Positions 36,938-45,571 of a DNA stretch of 64,000 nucleotides are shown here, piece by piece (position 1 is the stretch's first letter; each line of letters opens with the position of its first letter). Location of the stretch: contig JAGAUI010000012.1 in assembly GCA_017620815.1 (NCBI GenBank), positions 856 through 64,855 of the forward strand, read 5' to 3'. The notes below the pieces were generated by a model. That model did no database searches. It was not told the origin of the DNA and saw only the letters and a list, made by a program, of their open reading frames with translations. The DNA comes from Flavobacteriales bacterium. GTDB taxonomy: Bacteria; Bacteroidota; Bacteroidia; Flavobacteriales; UBA1820. The position numbers and the translations under genes are program-made.

Positions 36938-38976
36938 TATTTTTTAAGGTATTTATCTAGCCAAGAGTAGAATTCTGCATGCCATAGAAGGCTATTCTGT
37001 GGACGCAATACCCAGTGACACTCTTCTGGGAAAAGCACATAGCGTGATGGTATTCCTCTCATACGGGCAGCTGTGAATGCTTGCATAGATTGACCTTCTG
37101 GAACGCGATAGTCCTGTGCTCCCTGTATTATGAGTATAGGTGTATCCCATTTATCTACGTGGCTCACAGGAGAGTATTCGTTATATGAAGGGTGTGAAGG
37201 GTTTTCCCATGGAGCACAACCCATGTCCTTGTGAGCAAAGAATAGCTCTTCGGTGGTCATGTACCAGCTACGAGTATCAAATGTCCCACAGTGTGATATA
37301 AACGCACTATAACGACCATTGTGTTTACCAGCCAGCATAAACACCGAATATCCACCATAAGAAGCTCCTACGGCAGCTACACGTTTTTCATCTACATATG
37401 GTTCACTTGCCACGGCATCAGATGCGGTCATAAGGTCGGTTATAGCTTGTGCACCCCATTGGGTAGATATCTCGCGGTTCCACTCTACACCAAATGATGG
37501 TAATCCACGACGGTTTGGAATGATAGTCACATACCCCTTGTGTGCCATAAGAGAGAAGTTCCAACGGAATGAATATGATGGGCATATAGCATTCTGTGGG
37601 CCTCCACCACAGAAAAGCATTGCAGGGTATTTCTGTGTGTTATCAAACGAAGGTGGTAGAAGAACCCATACCAACATCTTTTTACCATCGGTAGTAGGCA
37701 CCCAACGTTTTTCTACCTTGACAGGCTCTATAGTAGCAAATATCTCATCATTCTCATGTGTGATGGCTGTGTATGTGTCTTTTTTGATGTCATAAGAAAA
37801 AATTTCGGCAGGGCGGTTAAATCCATAACGAGTAACTATGACTTTCTTACCTGCTGGGATAAATGTACCTATACATTCATCTTCTAGATGTGTTATCTGC
37901 TTTATAGATTTATGGGCATCTATATCGGCAAGTTTTTTGGGAAGGGTATAAATGAATAGCTGTTCTACTGCTTCTACTGCTGTGCGGAACATTATCTCAC
38001 CAGATGACACCCAAGTGAACTCCTCGATAGTCTCATCCCATGCACTGGTAAGGTTATATGTCTTACCGGTAGCGATATGGTGAATTTTGATATCGTTTTT
38101 ATCGGCTTCATAACCATCTTCATCCATACTACTCCACGCTATATACTCCCCGCAAGGACTCCATGCTGGGCAAGTATCATAACCGTAATTACCATTGGTA
38201 AGGTTGTGGGTAGTAGCACTCTCTATGTCATAGATATAGATATCGGAATCGGTAGAAGTGGCATAGGCTGTACCTTCTTTCTTTTTACAAGTGTAAGCTA
38301 TCTTTTTGCCGTCATTGCTGAAATTTATCTGTTCCATACCACCGAATGGCATTAGCGGAGCATCGTATGGTTCTCCTTTCATGATATCTACAGGTTCTCC
38401 AACTACTTGTTCTCCATCAAAACCTACATAGAAAACATGTGAAACCTTGTCATCTTCCCAATAGTTCCAATGACGATACATAAGGTCATCTGTGATGACT
38501 ACATTGGCCTTGGGGTATTGAGGATACATTTCTGATGGGGTAGAGCGGTATTTGACCTCGGCAGTGAAGACTATGCGGTCTCCCTGTGGAGAGAGGCGAG
38601 CTCCAGTTACCTCTTGGGAGATAGAACCAGCATTGCGAGAGGTGCCGCCATCCAGACCTACGGTGTAGAATTTGCCACCCTTGATATAAAGCAGACGTCC
38701 CTCACCAGTAAAACCAACAGCTGTAGCACCAGTGGCTATCTCTACTACGTTTTTACCATCTAATCCCACTATGTAAAGTGTAGATGTACCTTTGTTTTCA
38801 TCTATGTCATAACGTGTTACACTGTAAAGAGCCTTTGTGGCATCGGGTGTGAGGCATTGCAATGATACACGTCCCATCTTCCAGAGAGTCTCTGGTGTAA
38901 GCGGAGTGGTATTTTGTGCCTGAATGTTCATGATAATAGTCAGAAATAATGTAATGATAAAAGATACTTTTCTCAT
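36937..38976 (-). CDS. S9-family serine peptidase (prolyl oligopeptidase / acylaminoacyl-peptidase type)
   Basis: 679 aa with a signal peptide. An N-terminal beta-propeller region is followed by a C-terminal alpha/beta hydrolase domain with nucleophile elbow GASYGGY and later D and H contexts. Confidence 0.9.
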   Translation of the reverse strand: MRKVSFIITLFLTIIMNIQAQNTTPLTPETLWKMGRVSLQCLTPDATKALYSVTRYDIDENKGTSTLYIVGLDGKNVVEIATGATAVGFTGEGRLLYIKGGKFYTVGLDGGTSRNAGSISQEVTGARLSPQGDRIVFTAEVKYRSTPSEMYPQYPKANVVITDDLMYRHWNYWEDDKVSHVFYVGFDGEQVVGEPVDIMKGEPYDAPLMPFGGMEQINFSNDGKKIAYTCKKKEGTAYATSTDSDIYIYDIESATTHNLTNGNYGYDTCPAWSPCGEYIAWSSMDEDGYEADKNDIKIHHIATGKTYNLTSAWDETIEEFTWVSSGEIMFRTAVEAVEQLFIYTLPKKLADIDAHKSIKQITHLEDECIGTFIPAGKKVIVTRYGFNRPAEIFSYDIKKDTYTAITHENDEIFATIEPVKVEKRWVPTTDGKKMLVWVLLPPSFDNTQKYPAMLFCGGGPQNAICPSYSFRWNFSLMAHKGYVTIIPNRRGLPSFGVEWNREISTQWGAQAITDLMTASDAVASEPYVDEKRVAAVGASYGGYSVFMLAGKHNGRYSAFISHCGTFDTRSWYMTTEELFFAHKDMGCAPWENPSHPSYNEYSPVSHVDKWDTPILIIQGAQDYRVPEGQSMQAFTAARMRGIPSRYVLFPEECHWVLRPQNSLLWHAEFYSWLDKYLKK

Positions 38977-39001
38977 ATAATAATGGTGTTATGTGAGTAT
39001 A

Positions 39002-39811
39002 TTATTGGAATTCATATGATATATATCCTGCTTGTGATTCTGGTGCCGATGCATCCACATTAAATCTCGCACGTCTTGCATAGACCAAAGCCTTTTCATG
39101 TGCATCTTCATATGGATATGTGGTACGTGATGTGTTTATCTGGGCGGCTATGACTTTGCCTTCACGGGATATGCGTACATCTACCACCACAAGTCCACCT
39201 TGACGAGCCGTGTATATAGGTACTGGCAGTGGAGCTATGTTATGACGCACAGGAGAAGTGAAAGAGTAGTGTACCGAACTTTTTCCTACATAGACCTGTG
39301 GTTTTTTATCCTTGCGTGAGGTGTCTATACGTTGGTACTCATCTAGGTCTATCTCACGGTTTTTTACTTGTTCTGAAAAAAGGTCCACCTTGACATTTTC
39401 ACCATACTCGTTTACCTGATGTGTGATAGCTTCTGCCTCGCGTAGGGTAGAGAAATTTTTACTCATCTGTGAGATATCTATATCCTCGCCTAGGTCAGCA
39501 GCAGCGTGGTTTGTAAAGCCACTCATAGATGCACGATGTGAAAGACGAGAATCTATCTTATGACGGTCACTGCCTATCTGTGAGAGTTCTTTTTCTATAA
39601 GTGCAAGGTCTTCCATGCTCACAGCTACCATATTGGGTGTAGAGACGTCTATATAGCTCAAAGCCACATTGCATACGACTATGACCATCACTAGATGTAC
39701 CGTAAAGGTAACCAGCAATGGCACACGATGACTATCCACAAAATCTAGCAAAACATCTAGCTTTTTTTCTAGATAGTCATTTACTATGTCGTATATCTTA
39801 TCTATATCCAT
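39002..39811 (-). CDS. membrane-anchored protein with a TonB-C-like C-terminal domain (hypothetical)
   Basis: 269 aa with a single N-terminal TM segment. The C-terminal ~80 aa (..GLVVVDVRISREGKVIAAQI......AL.YARRARF.....) resemble the TonB/TolA C-terminal fold. The assignment is weak. Confidence 0.4.
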   Translation of the reverse strand: MDIDKIYDIVNDYLEKKLDVLLDFVDSHRVPLLVTFTVHLVMVIVVCNVALSYIDVSTPNMVAVSMEDLALIEKELSQIGSDRHKIDSRLSHRASMSGFTNHAAADLGEDIDISQMSKNFSTLREAEAITHQVNEYGENVKVDLFSEQVKNREIDLDEYQRIDTSRKDKKPQVYVGKSSVHYSFTSPVRHNIAPLPVPIYTARQGGLVVVDVRISREGKVIAAQINTSRTTYPYEDAHEKALVYARRARFNVDASAPESQAGYISYEFQ

Positions 39812-39914
39812 GAGTATATTTTGGAACGTTCAAAATTACGGCAATATATGCAAATAACCACATCTTTTTATCTACAAAAACATCATATTCTATAACAGAA
39901 TAATCACTCTTGAT

Positions 39915-39950
39915 AATAAAAAAGGCTGAACCATAAAAAGTCCAGCCTCC
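39915..39950 (-). terminator. intrinsic terminator downstream of tRNA-Pro
   Basis: The minus strand reads ggaggctggacuuuuuaugguucagccuuuuuuu, with a ggctg/cagcc stem followed by a U7 run. Confidence 0.6.
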
Positions 39951-39957
39951 TCATTCG

Positions 39958-40031
<74 letters not shown>

Positions 40032-40104
40032 AATGACGTGGCACAAAAGTACTGCTTATTTTTATACTAGACAAATTTATTTTTTGCCTTTTGGTAGTGG
40101 TGAA

Positions 40105-43100
40105 CTACACTTCCACACACTCTATGCCGTCTTCCCTTATGTAAACCAATAACTTTTTCTCTACCTTATATCCCATAGAAGATAACAATTCTCCATACTC
40201 ATCCACTTGATGAGAGTGGGATGATTTTTCTGCTCCTGTCTTATAGTCTATAATCACTACACTATCTCCTTTTATACACACGCGGTCTGGACGACGAACT
40301 CCGCCATCTGGACTTACTACATCACGTTCGGTGAGGATAGTGTATTTATCGCTATAATAGTCGGCTAGAAGAGGGTTATTTACCATGTACCTACATATAG
40401 CAGCAACAGATTCCTCCATATCGCTATGTATGATACCAGACTTAACGGCACGTCCTACGGCTATATCAACGTCTGACGATGTATTTATCATAGAGAGAAC
40501 ATCATGCAGCGAATTACCATAGACCACAGGATTATCCCCTTCCATATCCATCCACATCTTTTTCCACATGGGACTTATTTTAAGACGTGTTTTCCATGGT
40601 ATATATGTTATACTGCCAAAGTCTTTTTCCTTCTGTCTTTCACTGTGTTTATAATCGTGTTTTCCACGACTGCCACGACTATAAAGATAAATACCATCGG
40701 TGTCATCATCGTGGTAAATAGTGTTTTTTGAAAGGAAATTATTAACTAGGATAGACATATTTTCTCTAGTGCTACCTTTATCCATGATGATGTGTAACTG
40801 TCTGGAAGCCCTAGTAAGAGCTACATAATATGTATTTAAATTATCTAGTCTTATCTTGGAGATGTGCTCTTCATAGAGAGAAGGATTGAGTCGCTCTACA
40901 TCCTTGAGATAAATAGGCACGGTAGGTAAGAGGGCATACTTATCATCGGGCGGAGTGTCTATCCATACCTCTTCGGTTTTTCTAATATCCCACACCGCAA
41001 AAGGAAATATAACCACAGGATATTCTAGACCTTTGGAACGGTGCAAAGTGAGCATCTTGACAGCATCTGATGCTGAAGGCGATGAAATGCTTTCCTTATC
41101 CTTTTTACTATCCCAGTATTCCAGAAAAGAAGAGAGTGTAGCTGTATTCTCCCCTATGAAACGATGAACCATATCCAACAGTCCCAGTAGGTATGCATCC
41201 TGACCTTTTTTCCACATATCCATACCGTCTATGATACTCTCTACACATTCATATAGAGGGAGGGAGAATAGAGATGTAATGTCCAGTGTAGGTATATGTA
41301 GTGATAATTCCTTTATAAAATCTCCCGATGATAGCGTAAGAGCTTTATGGTAGTAAGATGTAACATCGGCATATCCCATTAGTCTGTCATTACGATAGAG
41401 GTAGTTAAGGATAGATACCCTCGCATACTTATCATCGGGAGATAACAAAAACTTCATAAGAAATATGACCGCCTCTACCATTACAGATTCCTTGATAAGA
41501 AGACTTTCGGTAGTAACTACAGGTATAGAATGTGAAGAAAGGTATTCGGCTAGGCTAGCTCCTTCCGAATTATAACGATATAGTATTGCTATATCACTAT
41601 ATGAAAACCCATCTTCATCTACTATACGACGTATCTCTCTAAGTGTAGAAGAAAGGTATTGTTCTTTTATTTCTGCAGAGTTTTCACCCTCTACTTTCTG
41701 TATAGACACAAAACCTGGATGTTCTTTTTTATATTTCTGGTTGTTGCCGTCTATATACATTTTAGCATAACGGAATATCCTACTTAAAGACTCATTAAGA
41801 GTACTTGTAAAGTCTTTTTTATCATCTTTTTGGGGTAGATATTCCTGTGCTGTCTTAAAGAAATCATTAGCAAAGTTTACCAATACTCCACTGCTGCGAT
41901 AGTTGGTAAAAAGACGCACGAGTTCTACCTGTGATGAAGGAAGAGGGTCTGATTTCTTTTCACAGAAATCCAGAAAAAGCTCACTATCGCCGCCTCGGAA
42001 CCTATATATAGCCTGTTTACCATCACCCACTATCATAGCACTTCCATCACCCGAAAGAGCATTATATATAAGGTTTTTCATATTTTCCCACTGCATGAGT
42101 GATGTATCTTGGAATTCATCTATAAAATAATGCTGATATCTCTCTCCTAGTTTTTCATATATAAAAGGCACTGGTTCTTCACGTAAATGTTTGCTGATGA
42201 TTTCATTAAACTCTCTTAACAGCATTATATTATTGCGGTCTTTTATAGTATCCATTTCCTTTTTAATACTATAAGCCACGCTTAATCGTTTAAGAGGTTT
42301 GAGTATCATTACAGCATTTTTATAGCCTTCTGATTCACTTTCTACTATCTCTATGATGTCATTTAATATAAGTACTATATCATCTGCACATCTCTCTAAT
42401 GCTGCTTTGTCTTCTGCCGAAGCTTTGGCAGAAGAGTATTTTCCATCTATAAAATAAGATACATTCCTATTATAGATATTTACAGTCATATCTCCACAAG
42501 CTGCCTTGGACAATACAGTAAATACACCATTTTTTCCTCCAGTGATTGACTCTTTTTTTATTCCCTCTTTTCTTATTATATCCAATGCCTCTTTACCCTT
42601 CTTACTTAGTCTTTCTCTAACGCCATTTATATATTCTGTAAGACGTTTTTTAAGTTCCAAAAAGTCTTCTATCCTACATTTAGAAAGACGAGATAATGGT
42701 ATCATATTATTCTCTTCTTTCCATATTTCGCCATTTTTATTAAGAGTAGATGTAATATCCCATTGTTTACCTTCGTCTATTTTATCAATTACAAAATCTA
42801 CCAATATTCTAGTGAGTGATTTATTATCACGTCCTGCCTTTAAGAGCAGCATATCCACACTTTCTGAAAGAATATCGGCAGAATCTACAGCTATAGAAAA
42901 AGATGATGGAAGATGCAGTTCGCGGGAGAAACTACGCACTAGACGGGTGGTAAAAGAGTCTATGGTACATACTGTAAAAGAGCTGTAGTCTGCATATATA
43001 TCAGACAGTATTTGAGAGGCATAGCTTTTTATTTGTGGAAGGGAAAGTCCTGTTTCTTCCACAAGAGAAGGGAGCATATCATGGGATTTTATATCTACTG

Positions 43101-43314
43101 CATGAGAAAAAGATTGCAGAGTAGATAGTATGCGACTTTTCATCTCCCAAGCTGCTTTATTGGTAAAAGTTATGGCGAGTATTTTCTTAAATATCTCTCT
43201 TTGAGGTTTTCCAGTAGATAAAGATGGAGTAAAAAGAATACACAAATACTTGTAAACCAAAGTATAAGTTTTACCACTTCCTGCTGAAGCATCATATACA
43301 GATAGTTTTCCCAT
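40105..43314 (-). CDS. AddA/RecB-like UvrD-family helicase fused to a C-terminal PD-(D/E)XK nuclease
   Basis: 1069 aa. It has Walker A ASAGSGKTYTL, ILAITFTNKAA.EM and FIDEFQDTS, plus a C-terminal RecB-type nuclease motif (RPDRV.....VVIIDYKTG). Confidence 0.85.
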   Translation of the reverse strand: MGKLSVYDASAGSGKTYTLVYKYLCILFTPSLSTGKPQREIFKKILAITFTNKAAWEMKSRILSTLQSFSHAVDIKSHDMLPSLVEETGLSLPQIKSYASQILSDIYADYSSFTVCTIDSFTTRLVRSFSRELHLPSSFSIAVDSADILSESVDMLLLKAGRDNKSLTRILVDFVIDKIDEGKQWDITSTLNKNGEIWKEENNMIPLSRLSKCRIEDFLELKKRLTEYINGVRERLSKKGKEALDIIRKEGIKKESITGGKNGVFTVLSKAACGDMTVNIYNRNVSYFIDGKYSSAKASAEDKAALERCADDIVLILNDIIEIVESESEGYKNAVMILKPLKRLSVAYSIKKEMDTIKDRNNIMLLREFNEIISKHLREEPVPFIYEKLGERYQHYFIDEFQDTSLMQWENMKNLIYNALSGDGSAMIVGDGKQAIYRFRGGDSELFLDFCEKKSDPLPSSQVELVRLFTNYRSSGVLVNFANDFFKTAQEYLPQKDDKKDFTSTLNESLSRIFRYAKMYIDGNNQKYKKEHPGFVSIQKVEGENSAEIKEQYLSSTLREIRRIVDEDGFSYSDIAILYRYNSEGASLAEYLSSHSIPVVTTESLLIKESVMVEAVIFLMKFLLSPDDKYARVSILNYLYRNDRLMGYADVTSYYHKALTLSSGDFIKELSLHIPTLDITSLFSLPLYECVESIIDGMDMWKKGQDAYLLGLLDMVHRFIGENTATLSSFLEYWDSKKDKESISSPSASDAVKMLTLHRSKGLEYPVVIFPFAVWDIRKTEEVWIDTPPDDKYALLPTVPIYLKDVERLNPSLYEEHISKIRLDNLNTYYVALTRASRQLHIIMDKGSTRENMSILVNNFLSKNTIYHDDDTDGIYLYSRGSRGKHDYKHSERQKEKDFGSITYIPWKTRLKISPMWKKMWMDMEGDNPVVYGNSLHDVLSMINTSSDVDIAVGRAVKSGIIHSDMEESVAAICRYMVNNPLLADYYSDKYTILTERDVVSPDGGVRRPDRVCIKGDSVVIIDYKTGAEKSSHSHQVDEYGELLSSMGYKVEKKLLVYIREDGIECVEV

Positions 43315-43721
43315 ATTAACATAGTTATTCCATTGCGTAAAGATACAAATAATATAAGCTGTGAATAAAGTGTTGATAAAAAGTTTATAAATTTTTACAC
43401 AATGTTTAATAGTGTATTATTGAGGTGGATTTTACGATAAATTTTTTTCTTTACAGCATCTATTTTTCATCATTTATCAACCAAATATTTTTTTACAAAC
43501 AACATTATAAACACATTTTCTATTCATCAACACACTCTTTTTATAAACAAACATATGTTCACAATACATTTTAACAATGTTTATAATTATATTTAATCGT
43601 TTAATTATCATATACTTGATTATTTAATATACTGTTTATAACTTTTCATAACACAGCTTTCAAAATTTATATCACATTTCTTCTCAACACTATCAAAAGG
43701 TATATTCATCTTCTTTATTTT

Positions 43722-43742
43722 TTTTATTTTTAAAAAAGAAAA
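43722..43742. repeat. 21-nt A/T repeat, copy 1 (ttttatttttaaaaaagaaaa)
   Basis: Identical 21-mer to 43805-43825. A degenerate third copy (ttttctttttaaaataaaa) starts at 43892. Start-to-start spacing is 83 and 87 bp. Confidence 0.8.
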
Positions 43743-43804
43743 GATATATAATGAAAATAATGTTGTGGATAAATTTTAGAGTTTAGATTTATTTTGTTTT
43801 ATCA

Positions 43805-43825
43805 TTTTATTTTTAAAAAAGAAAA
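43805..43825. repeat. 21-nt A/T repeat, copy 2
   Basis: Exact repeat of 43722-43742. The following ~25 nt are also similar (atata.ataatg..gaaaataa). Confidence 0.8.
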
Positions 43826-44055
43826 AATATAGATAATGGTGAAAATAAAAGAAATAAATAATTAGAAATTTATTTTTATTCTCTTTGTTTTTTTTCTTTT
43901 TAAAATAAAAATATAAACCTATATCTTAAAATGTTGTTTATAATTATAAAAAGAAAATATATCTATGATTAAAATTTTATATAATCTTAATTATAAATAA
44001 GTTGGAATAAAAATTGAGGATTTTTATATTTATAATTCCCTCAAATCCTCTCTTT

Positions 44056-45516
44056 ATGAAAAACCATTTTTTCTTTCTTATATTCTTTTGTTTTACTTCT
44101 TTATCTCTCACATCTTCGGTAAAGATGGATACTACTTTTTATTATCCTAATGGTAGTATAGCATCTGAAGGTAAAATGGTAAATAACCGTCCAGATGGAT
44201 ATTGGAAAACATATCATAAAAATGGAGCGTTACGTAGCGAAGGCAATAGGGTGGATTATAAATTGGATGGACTGTGGGTATTTTATGATACTTTGGGTAG
44301 GAGAGAAAAAGAAATAATGTATAAAACAGGACTCAAAGAGGGAGACGAAGTGTATTATAAAGATGGTGTAGTTGAAAAAAAGATTCCATATGTAAAAAAT
44401 ATCCGCCAAGGTATTTCTTATAGCTATTATCCATCTGGTAAAATATACCGCCGTGATACCTATGCCAATGACCAGATATTGGGCGAATCTATGATATATG
44501 ATACCACAGGGGTGGTTATCTCTCTTATAACTCATAGAGATGGTGTAGCAGAGAAGATAAGACGTGTAAATAGATATGACTCTTCGGGACATAAAAGCGG
44601 ACAATGGGTGTGGTTCTATGATGATACTCCATACATAGAACATCAAGGTGTATATAGCAGGGGTAAAAGACATGGTATTTTTAAGTATTATGATAAAAAT
44701 GGTAACCTATTGCGTAGTGAAAAGTACATAGATGATATACTGGAAGAAAAAGCAGCAGAAACATCGGCTATAGAGGTAAGACGTACATATTATGATAATG
44801 GAAAACTTAAAAGTTATGAAAGTATGCGTGCTAATTCAAGAGATGGTTTATCTATATACTATGATATGGAAGGAAATATAGATAGTGTGTCTATATATAA
44901 AGATGATAGGATACAAGAAAAAGGACATAAATTAACTCCTGAAGGACTTAAAGAGGGAAGATGGTATTCTTACTCCATAGATGGTAATAAGTCTTCTCAA
45001 GGGGAATATAAAGCTGGAAATAAAGTGGGAGAATGGATATATTATTATGCTGATGGTAATATAGAGTCGGTAGGAAACTATGTAAATGGTCATAGAGAAG
45101 GAGAATGGTTGTGGTATTATGCTGATGGTTCTCTCTTGAAAAAGGAAAATTATATCTATGGTAAACGCGATGGGCAGACTGTAGAATATGATGTACAAGG
45201 AAAAATATTATCACAAGGAAACTATGAGTATGATAATCGTAACGGTAATTGGTTTTTTATAAATGGAACTACTATAGATAGTGGTTCATATCTAGATGGA
45301 AAGAAAGAAGGTATATGGAGCAGCAAAGATATAGATAGCGGGAAGATAGTTTTTAAGTGTATGTATAGAGATGGAAGTAAAAATGGAGAAGTCAATTTTT
45401 ATTATGTAGATGGTCGTCCTAGAGCAAATGGATATTTTACAGATGGAGAGCGTAGTGGTAGATGGACATTTTATGATGAAAATGCCAACGTGATTACAAC
45501 GGTAGAATATAATTAA
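44056..45516 (+). CDS. MORN-repeat-variant (YwqK-like repeat) secreted protein
   Basis: I moved the ORF-track start from 44014 to the ATG at 44056, which gives a signal peptide (MKNHFFFLIFFCFTSLSLTS). The body is about 15 tandem G.W..YY.NG....G.Y..GK..G.W..Y units. The gene is visibly more AT-rich than its neighbours. Confidence 0.75.
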   Translation: MKNHFFFLIFFCFTSLSLTSSVKMDTTFYYPNGSIASEGKMVNNRPDGYWKTYHKNGALRSEGNRVDYKLDGLWVFYDTLGRREKEIMYKTGLKEGDEVYYKDGVVEKKIPYVKNIRQGISYSYYPSGKIYRRDTYANDQILGESMIYDTTGVVISLITHRDGVAEKIRRVNRYDSSGHKSGQWVWFYDDTPYIEHQGVYSRGKRHGIFKYYDKNGNLLRSEKYIDDILEEKAAETSAIEVRRTYYDNGKLKSYESMRANSRDGLSIYYDMEGNIDSVSIYKDDRIQEKGHKLTPEGLKEGRWYSYSIDGNKSSQGEYKAGNKVGEWIYYYADGNIESVGNYVNGHREGEWLWYYADGSLLKKENYIYGKRDGQTVEYDVQGKILSQGNYEYDNRNGNWFFINGTTIDSGSYLDGKKEGIWSSKDIDSGKIVFKCMYRDGSKNGEVNFYYVDGRPRANGYFTDGERSGRWTFYDENANVITTVEYN

Positions 45517-45571
45517 ATATATTCACTTATAGGATATAAATAGGGTAAAAATAGACTAATTATAAAGATTG

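Larger units (their letters stand above)
43315..44055. other. gene-free, extremely AT-rich region with clustered DnaA-box-like 9-mers (candidate oriC)
   Basis: No ORF of 60 aa or more on either strand. 43801-43860 contains only 7 G/C in 60 nt. TTATCCACA (reverse complement at 43764-72), TTATTCACA (reverse complement at 43360-68) and TTATCAACA (reverse complement at 43371-79) are present. TTATAAACA occurs five times (43505, 43541 forward; 43578, 43633, 43935 reverse). Confidence 0.4.

Noticed and set aside
42506-42988. 160-aa plus-strand ORF inside the AddA-like gene, with similar ORFs at 40504, 40955 and 41903
   Set aside because: They are antisense shadows within a well supported 1069-aa helicase-nuclease gene, and their translations are Ser/Phe/Leu-rich and low-complexity.
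44230-45214. Minus-strand ORFs (147, 88 and 88 aa) inside the MORN-repeat gene
   Set aside because: They are antisense to a gene with a clear repeat structure. The AT-rich repetitive DNA generates long open frames by chance.
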